A DNA stretch of 64,000 nucleotides from an uncultured Bacteroidota bacterium (GCA_963772715.1 CAVYYM010000041.1:73345-137344); one strand, 5' to 3'; shown: positions 1-9,823, counted from the first letter of the stretch. Translations and numbers: made by a program. Notes: generated by a model from the letters alone, not told the origin.

Positions 1-510
1 ATGCTCGTAGCTTCAATGAATCCTTGCCCATGCGGATTCCATAACCACCCGGAGAAAGAGTGCATGTGCACACCCGGGATGGTGCAAAAATACCTGAACA
101 GAATTTCAGGCCCTCTTCTCGACAGGATAGATATACACATAGAGGTCGTACCGGTTAAATATGACAAGCTTTCCGATTCCGGGAAAACAGAAAAATCGGC
201 GGTTGTAAGAGAGAGAGTGATTAAGGCAAGAGAAATTCAGGCTGCAAGGTTCGCGACTATAAAAGGTGTCTATTCGAATGCACAGATGTCATCATCGATG
301 CAGCGAAGATATTGCCAGCTCGACGAAGCTGGGGGAAGGCTTCTCAAAACTGCAATGGAGCTCAGGGGTCTGTCGGCCAGGGCTTATGACAGGATACTCA
401 AGGTCGCAAGGACAATCGCCGATCTGGCTGAATCGGAAAACATTACTTCTGAACATATATCCGAAGCAATCAATTATCGTAATCTCGACAGAGAGGGTTG
501 GGCTGGCTGA
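1..510 (+). CDS. comM: Mg-chelatase-like AAA+ ATPase, ComM/YifB family, C-terminal part (5' end lies outside the window)
   Basis: The ORF is open to the left edge. NPCPCGF..., LNRISGPLLDRIDIHIEV and SARAYDRILKVARTIADL are the conserved C-terminal ChlI-like/ComM region. Confidence 0.85.
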   Translation: MLVASMNPCPCGFHNHPEKECMCTPGMVQKYLNRISGPLLDRIDIHIEVVPVKYDKLSDSGKTEKSAVVRERVIKAREIQAARFATIKGVYSNAQMSSSMQRRYCQLDEAGGRLLKTAMELRGLSARAYDRILKVARTIADLAESENITSEHISEAINYRNLDREGWAG

Positions 511-608
511 GTTCGGTTTCGCTCACTCAGGCCATGAAAAAGGTTTTTGTTTGCACTATTGTTAATTTTTGTTAATTTTATCAGGTTAAACCTACCTGAT
601 TTCTTTTA

Positions 609-1725
609 ATGGATTTCACCCGCAGAATTCGCTCGATGTTGATGGAACAACGCCTTATGTTTGTTTACAGGGGTGTCGTTACCAATGAGAATTCCGTTCC
701 ATTGCTTATGCTTCTCGAGAAGGAAATGGAAACATCGGAATTCGGATTCATAGGCAGGAAACGGCTTTTCATGTTCGTTCTCGAGAGTCTCCAGAACGTC
801 TCCAGGCACAGCAATGTTGCTCCGCATTCAAATATGTCACTGGTAGTATATTCAAAGGTTGACAGTGGCTATACGGTCACTACCGCAAATGTGATCTCCA
901 CCGCAAACACCATGGAGCTCAGGAAGCGGCTCGATGAAATAAACAACCTTCAGATCGGGCGAGATAAGGAATGTTTACCGCCAGATGCTGAGCAATTCAG
1001 AATTCAGCAGCAGGGGAGGTGCCGGCCTGGGACTAATCGAAATGGCCAAGAAAACAGGCAATAAGCTCGATTACGACTTTCTTGACCTGGATGACCAGAA
1101 TTCATATTTCATTCTCAGCAAAACAGTCGATTCGGAAGGATTGGGGATGCATTACGGAAACCGGGATAAACCATTCCGTGGAAAAGCTGTGGCGCAATTG
1201 GAAAGAATACTGGCTGAAAATAATATTTACTTTCTCTGGTCAGGCCATATTACTCCGGATGTCGGCAAGGAGGTAATCTCATTTACGGAAACAAAGCTTT
1301 CAGAGGATGATGTGGAAGCCAATCAGCGGCGAAGGGTTTTCAGCATCCTGGTGGAGATAATCGAGAACGTGGCAAAATACAGTCCCGGAGCGGAACCTGA
1401 GGAAAAATTTGGCATGCCGGTTGCAATGATCAGACTCGAAAACAGGACATATACGCTTACCACAGGAAACCTGATACTGAATGACAATGTGGAGCATCTG
1501 AAGGAAAAGCTCGACATGATCAATCAATACGATAAAACAGGCCTTAAGGAACTGTTCAGGAAATCGCTGTCGGGACAAACATCTAATACTGAAAGCACTG
1601 GCAATATGGGACTTATCGATATGGCAAGGAAGTCGGGAAGCAAGCTGGAATATGAATTTGAATTGGTAAATGACCAGTATTCGTATTATACTCTGACTGT
1701 GAAGGTCGAGGAAAAACCTGATTAA
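609..1725 (+). pseudogene. Tandem two-domain SiaB-like (HATPase-fold, DUF6272-type) protein interrupted by one +1 frameshift near 957-961
   Basis: The frame-3 ORF 609-1064 continues as the frame-1 ORF 985-1725. The two halves are homologous and end in GGAGLGLIEMAKKTGNKLDYDF and TGNMGLIDMARKSGSKLEYEF. Skipping one base gives LDEINNLQIG|EIRNVYRQML, the same length as LDMINQYDKTGLKELFRKSL in the second half. Confidence 0.6.
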
Positions 1726-2468
1726 TCGAACATTCTGAGGTTTAGGGAATTCCCATCCCATTCTGCATAACTGCTGTGTTTGATCCAGTCTCCAAGGAAA
1801 ATAATCTCACCTCCGTCCTTAAGACTGAATGCCATTGCCATATGCCTGTGACCGAAAACAAAATAATCAATCTTTTCATTTGAAGAAACTGAAGCTGCAT
1901 ATCTGATCAGGTCCTCATTATCCTCACCCAGGAATTCAAGCGAGATCCCCTTGCCGAGCCTGGAACTCAGCGACCATTTATGACCGAAACCAACTCCTAT
2001 TGCCGGATGCAATGCTGAATAAAGGACACGCAAAGGTTTGTTATGGAATATCCACAGCAGTATTTTATAGCCTATATTACGGGAGCCCAGTCCTTCTCCA
2101 TGAGCAAGATGGAACTTCCTGCCATTGAAGGAGGTGGTAATGGGACCGGTATGAACAATGACTCCGCACTCCTTTGTAAGATAATCTCCAATCCACATAT
2201 CATGATTGCCGGTAAAGAAATGCACAGGTATCCCTGAATCGGTGATTGAAGCGATCTTTCCCAGGAACCTGGTGAATCCCTTTGGCACTACAAGCTTGTA
2301 TTCCCACCAGAAATCGAATATGTCGCCAAGGAGATATATCTCCTGAGCCTCAGGCACTATTCTGTCCAGCCACCTTACGATTTTCTTTTCACGCTCAAGC
2401 GGAGGCATTCCGGCGCTTAGTCCAAGATGAAAATCAGAGGCGAAGAATATTTTACCTGAGGAAGCCAC
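1722..2468 (-). CDS. lpxH: UDP-2,3-diacylglucosamine diphosphatase (LpxH-type metallophosphoesterase)
   Basis: 248 aa with the calcineurin-like motifs SDFHLG, GDIFDFWWEY, GNHD and FGHRH. Length and motif spacing are typical of LpxH. Confidence 0.8.
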   Translation of the reverse strand: MASSGKIFFASDFHLGLSAGMPPLEREKKIVRWLDRIVPEAQEIYLLGDIFDFWWEYKLVVPKGFTRFLGKIASITDSGIPVHFFTGNHDMWIGDYLTKECGVIVHTGPITTSFNGRKFHLAHGEGLGSRNIGYKILLWIFHNKPLRVLYSALHPAIGVGFGHKWSLSSRLGKGISLEFLGEDNEDLIRYAASVSSNEKIDYFVFGHRHMAMAFSLKDGGEIIFLGDWIKHSSYAEWDGNSLNLRMFD

Positions 2469-2476
2469 GATGGGTA

Positions 2477-3637
2477 TCAGTTGCTGAATATTTGTGTTAG
2501 CTTAAGCTGCAGTGCCTTGCCGTGCAGATTCGATGCGATAATGTTTCCCTGCGGATCGAAAAGATAATTGGTGGGAACTGACTTTACATTGAAAAGAAGT
2601 GCATTCCTCGTCTTTGCCGGATCAGCCTCCCTTGTGCTTATCCAGGGAAGCTCATCGAATTTAACGGCACTCTTCCAGTCTGATTCATCGTTGTCGAGGC
2701 TTATCTGGTATATCTCAAATCCTTTTTTGCTGAATATCTTGTAAAACTCCTTAAGCTGAAGATTTTCAGAAATGCACTCTCTCGATTGTGATGACCAGAA
2801 GGTGAGAAGAACATATTTCCCCCTGAGCGAGGAAAGAGCCACCTGCCTGCCATTGATATCCTTAAGTACCGGATCAAGCCTGGCTTCCGGAAGAGTTTCG
2901 ATTATCTGATTCATCTTTGCAGCATTAAGCTGTTTCATCCCATCCTCGAAAGACTTTACCAGCGCCTTTGTGTGCCTGGAATCGGGATAATGACGTGTCA
3001 ATGAGTCAGAAGCAATTTTCATGTATTGCAGATCGCGGGTTTCATACAGGACATAAGTCTGATCATTCAGTTTCTGATAGATAGCCTTGACAGATGCAAG
3101 AGAGTTGATGTTGTTTATCACGAACTCGATGGTGAATCTCCTCTGATCCTTTACCAGATCGGTTGCCTCCCGCGTGAGCCTTTGCTGAATGGTATCGAAT
3201 CCTGGTTCCGTGGCAGCCTTCTCGTAGACAGCATTCAGGGAGTCCAGCTTGCTTTTCGTGTCAAGAAGCTTATTATCGAGCATTCTCACAAGTTCAGAAC
3301 CTTTTGATCCTCTAACCGAATAACTGTAGTAAAGGTTTTCATCATCGAAGGAAAGGCTTATTTTTTCACCTGGCTCTGCCAGAAGAGTGACAAAATTGGT
3401 TGCAGAGAAGCCGACCTGGTAAAAATCAGGTTCATTGGATTTCACCCTGAATTTGAAATTGCCTTTTTTGCCGATTTTAACGGAGTCGATTAATACGATA
3501 TTGTTTACGTCAATCCTGCTGATTGCGATATACTCCCTTGAGTTCTTTTTGATGGTTCCCCCTATTGTGACGAGATTGTTGTTATGGCATCCCGAAAGGA
3601 TGACAATGGGGATTATAAGGATCAGGATTTTTCTCAT
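2477..3637 (-). CDS. TlpA/ResA-like thioredoxin-fold lipoprotein with a degenerate SxxC active site
   Basis: Lipobox signal MRKILILIIPIVILSGC. The C-terminal thioredoxin fold is collinear with the neighbouring paralogue, but FWSSQSREC replaces FWASWCNPC. Confidence 0.75.
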   Translation of the reverse strand: MRKILILIIPIVILSGCHNNNLVTIGGTIKKNSREYIAISRIDVNNIVLIDSVKIGKKGNFKFRVKSNEPDFYQVGFSATNFVTLLAEPGEKISLSFDDENLYYSYSVRGSKGSELVRMLDNKLLDTKSKLDSLNAVYEKAATEPGFDTIQQRLTREATDLVKDQRRFTIEFVINNINSLASVKAIYQKLNDQTYVLYETRDLQYMKIASDSLTRHYPDSRHTKALVKSFEDGMKQLNAAKMNQIIETLPEARLDPVLKDINGRQVALSSLRGKYVLLTFWSSQSRECISENLQLKEFYKIFSKKGFEIYQISLDNDESDWKSAVKFDELPWISTREADPAKTRNALLFNVKSVPTNYLFDPQGNIIASNLHGKALQLKLTQIFSN

Positions 3638-3677
3638 TGAAAAGGAATTATAATAGGGATCACTTTAAGTTCATTTA

Positions 3678-4844
3678 TCAGTTGTTGAATATTTCTGCAA
3701 GTTTTCTCTGAAGCATTTCACCCCTGAGGTCGGATGCAATGATACGGCCATCCCTGTCGAGAAGAAAATTTGTCGGTACCTGTTCAAGGTCGTAGAGCGG
3801 AACAACTACCGACTGCCAGTATTTTATGTCGCTTACATGGATCCATCTCTCAAGATGGTCCTGCTCTATTCCTTTGATCCAGGCCTCCTTTGTCTTGTCG
3901 AGGGAAACCTGGTAAATCTGGAATCCTCTGTTATGGTAAAGGTCGTATGCCCTGACAAGGTTGGGATTTTCCTTCCTGCAGGGGTTGCACCACGATGCCC
4001 AGAAATCGAGCAATACAATATTTCCCCTTGTGGAAGAAAGTTTTATGGTATCTCCTTCAGGGCCCGGGAGGGCTATTTCAGGTGCTTCTGTCATTTCATT
4101 CCCTACAGGTGATTTAAGCTTTTGACCGTCAATGTCGGATTTCAGTCCTTTAACCTGTTCATGAAGTGATTTAACAGGTTCATAATCGGGATATTGCAGA
4201 GATAATGATGAATCGACCCTGATGAAATATTCGAGATCCTTTTCAGGATGCAGAATATATTCGCCAGGTGCTACCTGCTGGTACAATGCAACCAGGCTGA
4301 CCAGCGAATTAAGGTTGTTGTCAATATATTCCTTTGTATAGCTATTCAGCTCATCAAGATGTGTCTGAGCAAGGCTGTCAAGCTTCTCCATGACCACAGG
4401 CAGCTGATCAGTGCCAAGATTCCGAATATAGACATCATAAAGCTCTTTAAGCTCGTCGATTGTGGTAAGAAGCCTTCTGTTATATTCGTTCATGAGTTCG
4501 GTTCCCCTTGATCCTGAGATGGATAAAGGATAATTCAGCGAATCCTGATAAGTTTTGATAAAAATCTTCTGTCCAGGTTCCAGGAGCATTGTAAGGAAAT
4601 TTGTTTCATCTGTTTTGATAAGATAAAATGAAGGAAATTCAACCCTCCTCCTGAACGAAAATGTTCCGTCTTCTGCAATAACAGATGAGTCGACAGTGAT
4701 AAGCTCACTGGATTTGAGTTCATCAAGATATAAAAATTCCCCTTTAACGGAACCTAAAAGTTTGCCATTAATCTCAATATTATTATTTTTACAGCCTGCA
4801 AAAATCAAAGCAGCCAGTAAAAAGAAAGGAACTTTTTTAATCAT
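3678..4844 (-). CDS. TlpA-like thiol:disulfide oxidoreductase lipoprotein (canonical WCxPC)
   Basis: The ORF track starts at a TTG at 4889. The ATG at 4844 gives MIKKVPFFLLAALIFAGC, a lipoprotein signal. The C-terminal domain carries FWASWCNPCRKENP. Confidence 0.8.
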   Translation of the reverse strand: MIKKVPFFLLAALIFAGCKNNNIEINGKLLGSVKGEFLYLDELKSSELITVDSSVIAEDGTFSFRRRVEFPSFYLIKTDETNFLTMLLEPGQKIFIKTYQDSLNYPLSISGSRGTELMNEYNRRLLTTIDELKELYDVYIRNLGTDQLPVVMEKLDSLAQTHLDELNSYTKEYIDNNLNSLVSLVALYQQVAPGEYILHPEKDLEYFIRVDSSLSLQYPDYEPVKSLHEQVKGLKSDIDGQKLKSPVGNEMTEAPEIALPGPEGDTIKLSSTRGNIVLLDFWASWCNPCRKENPNLVRAYDLYHNRGFQIYQVSLDKTKEAWIKGIEQDHLERWIHVSDIKYWQSVVVPLYDLEQVPTNFLLDRDGRIIASDLRGEMLQRKLAEIFNN

Positions 4845-4886
4845 CAATCCCGGATTAATTAGTATTCTTTTAAAATTATTGACCTG

Positions 4887-4894
4887 CAAAGTTA
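4887..4894 (-). promoter_or_regulatory. Candidate Bacteroidota -7 promoter box (TAACTTTG) for the 3678-4844 gene
   Basis: The reverse complement of caaagtta matches TAnnTTTG and lies about 43 nt upstream of the ATG at 4844. Confidence 0.4.
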
Positions 4895-5022
4895 TTCATT
4901 TTTTTAACCGTCAGGCAAGAGGCAGAAACTAATAATTATTAATCCTGCAGTAACAGGCTTGCAATGTTGGGAAAAAATTGTTATCTTAAGAGACTTTTTT
5001 GTTTAATGCAAATAGTAATTAT

Positions 5023-6972
5023 ATGAGTTACATTAAGTTCGAAAAAGGACAAATAGTGAATCTGGAATACTCCCTGGGGCGGGAAATTATAAGGACGAAC
5101 AGGGCCGGATCCTATGCTTCTACAACAATCGTGGAGTGCAATACACGCAAGTACCACGGATTGCTGGTTTGTCCTGTCGATGAACTTGGCGGAGGCAGAT
5201 TTGTCCTGCTCTCCTCTCTCGATGTCACGGTTTTAAACAATAATCAGAGCTTCAATATCGGGATCAGGAAATACAAAGGTGACTATTTCAGTCCGAAAGG
5301 GCATAAATACATCGAAGACTTTGCAACAGAAGTTATCCCGATGCGTATTTTTCGAGTCGGCAATGTCCTTCTGAAGATGGAAAGGATCCTTGTTCATGAT
5401 GAGGAACAGCTTCTGATGAGGTACACCGTCCTTGAAGCTGCTGAAAAGATGAAGCTTCAGATAAGGCCTTTTCTTGCATTCCGAAGCATACATGAGCTGA
5501 CACATGCCAACCTTGCGGCAAATACCAAGATCGAGCCTGTTAAAAACGGCATTAAGTCGAAATTGTATGATGGCTTTCCTTATCTGCATATGCAATTTTC
5601 AGCAAAAGCCGAGTTTGTTCATGTACCGGACTGGTATCTCGGAGTTGAATATATCGAGGAGCAGAAGAGAGGATATGATTATTCCGAGGATCTCTTTACA
5701 CCTGGTTTCTTCGAGCTGGAAGCAAAAAAGGGAGATACGATCGTGTTCTCTGCTTCCACAAAAGAGGAAAATCCCTCAGGCTTCAAAACTAAATTCACAA
5801 AAACCGTTGCAGGCAAGATTCCAAGGGACAATTATATCGACTGTCTTAAGAACGCAGCACAGCAATTTGTGGAAAAAAGAGGTGAGGACACCCTCATTAT
5901 AGCTGGCTACCCGTGGTTCGGTTCATGGGGAAGGGATACTTTCATCTCTCTTCCCGGCCTTTCACTTGCGCGCCACAAGCTTGCTCTCTACAGGGATGTC
6001 CTCGACACCCAGGTGAAAAAGATGAAGGACGGCCTCTTCCCGAATATGGGCACCGCAGGCCATTATGCCTTCAATTCGGTAGATGCCCCGCTCTGGTTTT
6101 TCTGGACGCTTCAGCAGTATGTGTTGAAGGGCGGAACTGACTGCGGTGAACGCTATGGCGACCCTGCAAAATCGATACTCCGGGCATATAAGAACGGTAC
6201 AGGCTTCAATATCCATATGAGGGAGAACGGGCTTGTATATGCCGATGCTCCGGGCAAAGCCCTGACATGGATGGATGCAGTGATCAACGGAGTTCCGGTT
6301 ACTCAACGGCGTGGTTATGCAGTGGAGATCAATGCCTTGTGGTATAATGCAATCTGCTTTGCACTTGAGAAGTCGAAAATTCAAAAGGATAAAAAATTCA
6401 TTAAGGAATTTGAGCATCTTCCGGAGCTGATAAAAGAATCTTTCCTTAAACTTTTCTGGGATGAAAAAGCCGGATACCTTGCCGATTACGTCAACGATGA
6501 AGAAGGAAGGAATCTGTTCAAGAGACCAAACATGGTTATCGCAGTCTCCCTTCCGTATTCGATGCTCAATAAGGAACAGATGAAGATGGTTCTCGATGTT
6601 GCTGACAAGGAGCTTGTTACGCCACGCGGATTAAGAACGCTTTCTCCGGGTAATAAATTTTACAAGGGTATTTATAGCGGAAACCAGGTGTCGAGGGATA
6701 ATGCTTACCACCAGGGGACAGTTTGGCCATGGCTGCTGGGTCCGTTCTGCGAGGGCTGGCTGAAGGTATACGGCCAACAGGGAGTGAATAAAATCAGGAA
6801 TCTCGTATTCGGACTGGAAGAGTGCATGGGTGAACATGGAATTACCACCCTGTCGGAAATTCATGACGGAGATCCGCCTCATGCACCACGAGGGGCAATT
6901 TCCCAGGCATGGAGCGTTGGAGAAGTTTTAAGGATCATAGATCTGCTTGAAGAAAATTATTCTAATATATAA
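5023..6972 (+). CDS. Glycogen debranching enzyme (amylo-alpha-1,6-glucosidase / GDE_C family with N-terminal GDE domain)
   Basis: About 650 aa. Contains GYPWFGSWGRDTFISLPGL, DAPLWFF and YHQGTVWPWL, typical of archaeal/bacterial-type GDE. The ATG at 5023 is preferred over the TTG at 4999. Confidence 0.85.
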   Translation: MSYIKFEKGQIVNLEYSLGREIIRTNRAGSYASTTIVECNTRKYHGLLVCPVDELGGGRFVLLSSLDVTVLNNNQSFNIGIRKYKGDYFSPKGHKYIEDFATEVIPMRIFRVGNVLLKMERILVHDEEQLLMRYTVLEAAEKMKLQIRPFLAFRSIHELTHANLAANTKIEPVKNGIKSKLYDGFPYLHMQFSAKAEFVHVPDWYLGVEYIEEQKRGYDYSEDLFTPGFFELEAKKGDTIVFSASTKEENPSGFKTKFTKTVAGKIPRDNYIDCLKNAAQQFVEKRGEDTLIIAGYPWFGSWGRDTFISLPGLSLARHKLALYRDVLDTQVKKMKDGLFPNMGTAGHYAFNSVDAPLWFFWTLQQYVLKGGTDCGERYGDPAKSILRAYKNGTGFNIHMRENGLVYADAPGKALTWMDAVINGVPVTQRRGYAVEINALWYNAICFALEKSKIQKDKKFIKEFEHLPELIKESFLKLFWDEKAGYLADYVNDEEGRNLFKRPNMVIAVSLPYSMLNKEQMKMVLDVADKELVTPRGLRTLSPGNKFYKGIYSGNQVSRDNAYHQGTVWPWLLGPFCEGWLKVYGQQGVNKIRNLVFGLEECMGEHGITTLSEIHDGDPPHAPRGAISQAWSVGEVLRIIDLLEENYSNI

Positions 6973-6983
6973 ATAGTCAGGAT

Positions 6984-8276
6984 ATGCGTGTGTTAATGTT
7001 CGGATGGGAATTTCCCCCGCATATTTCGGGAGGACTGGGGACAGCCAGCTATGGTCTGACTAAAGGCATGACCACACTTGATGACCTGGAGGTGATTTTT
7101 GTGGTTCCAAAATCGTGGGGTGACGAAGATCAGAGCGTTGTGCGCCTGATCGGAGCCAATAAAGTGCCTGTATCCTTCAAACAGATTTACTACAAGGGCG
7201 CAAGAAGACCTATCGAAAAAATAGAGATATCGTCAAAAATCATACCCTACACGGATCCTGAAGATTTCTGGAAAATTACCAGGTCACATTCTTTAGAGCA
7301 CAGGCTCTTTGTGCAGACTAATAGAAAAGGCATGATAGATTTTTCAGGCAGATACGACGGTAATCTTCTGGATGAGATCTATAAATATTCCATCGTCGCC
7401 TCTGTGATTGCCGAGGAAAATGAATTCGATATTATCCATGCCCACGACTGGCTGGCCTATCCTGCAGGCATGGCAGCCAGGGAGGTTTCAGGCAAGCCGC
7501 TGGTGATACACGTCCATGCCACTGATTTTGACAGGAGCGGCGGCAATGTGAACCCGGATGTCTACCGGATCGAAAAAGCCGGAATGGATGCCGCTTCAAA
7601 AATAATTACCGTAAGCAACCTCACCAGGGATATCGTTATAAACAAGTACAATATACATCCCGATAAGGTTGAAACGGTTTATAATGCTGTCGAGCCAGTG
7701 AACTTTTCAGAGGATGTCACCGTGAATAAAGGCTTTGACGACAAAGTGGTCACATTCCTTGGTAGGATAACCCTTCAGAAAGGGCCGGAATATTTTATCG
7801 AAGCTGCCTACAAGGTTCTGAAGGTGATGGACAATGTAAGGTTCGTCATGGCCGGCTCAGGCGACATGATGGAAAGGATGATGAGAAGAGCTGCCTCCCT
7901 GAAGATAACGGACCGTTTTCATTTCACAGGGTTTCTTAGGGGGAAAGATGTATTTACAATGCTGACAATGAGCGATGTGTACATAATGCCTTCAGTATCA
8001 GAGCCTTTCGGCATATCTCCTCTTGAGGCTATGCAATCGAATGTTCCTGTAATAATAAGCAAGCAGTCGGGTGTGGCTGAGATACTGACACATGCGGTGA
8101 AAACTGATTTCTGGGATATTGATGCGATGGCTGACGCCATCTATGGCATTCTTAATTACCCTGCCCTGTCCAACATGTTCATCAGGAACGGCAAGGAGGA
8201 GGTAATCAGGCTGAAATGGGATAATTCAGCAAGGCATGTAAGGGATATATATGAAAGAGTCATTTGGCATAAATAA
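6984..8276 (+). CDS. Family 4 glycosyltransferase (glycogen-cluster GT4)
   Basis: 430 aa. GT-B fold signatures FPPHISGGLGT and SVSEPFGISPLEAM (E-x7-E region). It sits between the GDE and GH57 genes. Confidence 0.85.
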   Translation: MRVLMFGWEFPPHISGGLGTASYGLTKGMTTLDDLEVIFVVPKSWGDEDQSVVRLIGANKVPVSFKQIYYKGARRPIEKIEISSKIIPYTDPEDFWKITRSHSLEHRLFVQTNRKGMIDFSGRYDGNLLDEIYKYSIVASVIAEENEFDIIHAHDWLAYPAGMAAREVSGKPLVIHVHATDFDRSGGNVNPDVYRIEKAGMDAASKIITVSNLTRDIVINKYNIHPDKVETVYNAVEPVNFSEDVTVNKGFDDKVVTFLGRITLQKGPEYFIEAAYKVLKVMDNVRFVMAGSGDMMERMMRRAASLKITDRFHFTGFLRGKDVFTMLTMSDVYIMPSVSEPFGISPLEAMQSNVPVIISKQSGVAEILTHAVKTDFWDIDAMADAIYGILNYPALSNMFIRNGKEEVIRLKWDNSARHVRDIYERVIWHK

Positions 8277-8285
8277 GTTTATAAT

Positions 8286-9548
8286 ATGAGTGCATCAGGC
8301 AAAAAAGCAATATGCTTTTATTTTCAGGTCCATCAGCCTTTCAGGCTCAAGAGATACAGGTTTTTCGACCTGGGACACGATCATTACTATTATGATGATT
8401 TTTCAAATGAATCCATCCTGAGAAAAGTGGCAGACAAATGCTATCTTCCTGCCAACAGGATGATCCTTGACCTTCTGCAAAAGAATAAAGGCAAGTTCAA
8501 AATTACTTTTTCACTTTCAGGAATCGTGATAAACCAGTTCAGGCTGTATGCACCTGAAGTACTTGATTCATTCAGGCTGCTTGCAGATACGGGCATGGTT
8601 GAATTTCTTGCCGAAACGAATTCACACTCTCTCTCCTCACTTAAAAGCAGGGAACAGTTTGAACAACAGGTGGAGGCACACAAGGGAATGATACGTCAGT
8701 ATCTCGGAGTTGAACCTACTTCTTTCAGAAACACGGAACTGATCTATTCCGACCAGATAGGCTCATGGGTCGCTGAGATGGGTTTCAAATCGATGCTTAC
8801 TGAGGGTGCCAAGCATGTTCTAGGCTGGAAGAGTCCCAATTACCTGTACTGCAATGCTATAAATCCGCGTCTGAAGGTCCTGCTGAGGAACTTCGTCCTG
8901 AGTGACGATATTGCCTTCAGGTTCTCGAACAAGCAGTGGAGCGCATGGCCGCTGACTGCTGACAAATATGCCTCATGGCTTAACAAGCTTGCACCCAAGA
9001 GCGAACTTGTAAATATCTTCATGGACTATGAGACATTCGGCGAACATAACTGGAAAGAAACGGGAATATTCGATTTTCTTCAGCATTTGCCGGGAGCCAT
9101 ACTGAAGAAGACTCCATTCAGGTTCATGACTCCCTCCGAAGTTGCCGACACTCTTCAGCCTGTTTCTGCCATAAGTGTTCCTTCGCCAATATCATGGGCC
9201 GATGAAGAAAGGGATATTACAGCCTGGCTTGGTAACGAGCTTCAGTATGCAGCCCTGGACAAGCTTTATGAATTATCGGAAAAGGTGAAAAGATGCAACG
9301 ACGAGCTGATGAATAAAGACTGGGAATACCTCCAGGCAAGCGACCATTTTTATTACATGGCGACAAAATTCTTTTCCGACGGCGCCGTGCATGCCTATTT
9401 CAATCCTTATGAAACACCATATGATGCTTTCATGAATTATATGAACGTGCTCAGCGATTTTGAAATAAGAGTTAAAAGATATTTCCCGGCAACAAGCGAA
9501 CAAGAGCATGATATCCAGGCTGGAAGCCACTATCGTGGAAAAAGATAA
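8286..9548 (+). CDS. Glycoside hydrolase family 57 (alpha-amylase / branching-type)
   Basis: 420 aa. The N-terminal FYFQVHQPFRLKRY and the MDYETFGEH region are GH57 hallmarks. The true C-terminus is uncertain (see the 9469-9823 finding). Confidence 0.85.
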   Translation: MSASGKKAICFYFQVHQPFRLKRYRFFDLGHDHYYYDDFSNESILRKVADKCYLPANRMILDLLQKNKGKFKITFSLSGIVINQFRLYAPEVLDSFRLLADTGMVEFLAETNSHSLSSLKSREQFEQQVEAHKGMIRQYLGVEPTSFRNTELIYSDQIGSWVAEMGFKSMLTEGAKHVLGWKSPNYLYCNAINPRLKVLLRNFVLSDDIAFRFSNKQWSAWPLTADKYASWLNKLAPKSELVNIFMDYETFGEHNWKETGIFDFLQHLPGAILKKTPFRFMTPSEVADTLQPVSAISVPSPISWADEERDITAWLGNELQYAALDKLYELSEKVKRCNDELMNKDWEYLQASDHFYYMATKFFSDGAVHAYFNPYETPYDAFMNYMNVLSDFEIRVKRYFPATSEQEHDIQAGSHYRGKR

Positions 9549-9823
9549 GATCATAGAGAAACAGTCAGTTGAAATGAACAAGCTCACCGGAAAAACAAAG
9601 AAAACAGCTAAACGCGGACGTCCGGCAGCTAAAAAGGAAACAACCCCTTCACTAAAGGAGCTTGCAACCAGGTTGGCTGAGACCAGCCTGAAAAAAGCCT
9701 GCAGTTAAAAAGAGAGCAGTCACATCAAAAAGCAAGTCGGGAACTTTAAAAAAACCTGCTTCCGGGAAGAGCGTTGCCAGGAAATCTGCTTCGAAAAAGA
9801 AAAAAAGCAGAACTGCCGGATGA
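9508..9823 (+). pseudogene. Lys/Ala-rich AT-hook (KRGRPAAKK) small protein or GH57 C-terminal tail, split by a frame change in the A6 run at 9691-9696
   Basis: The frame-1 ORF 9508-9708 ends ...RLAETSLKKACS*. Frame 2 is open from 9692 and reads KKPAVKKRAVTSKSKSGTLKKPASGKSVARKSASKKKKSRTAG*, with its stop at 9821-9823. One fewer A joins the two. Confidence 0.35.

Noticed and set aside
500-540. A possible terminator after comM (ctgagt...actcag).
   Set aside because: The stem has only 6 bp, a mismatch-flanked base and no convincing U tract. The support is too weak to report as a feature.
266-565. A 99-aa ORF overlapping the 3' end of comM in another frame.
   Set aside because: It overlaps a conserved reading frame throughout and has no family resemblance.
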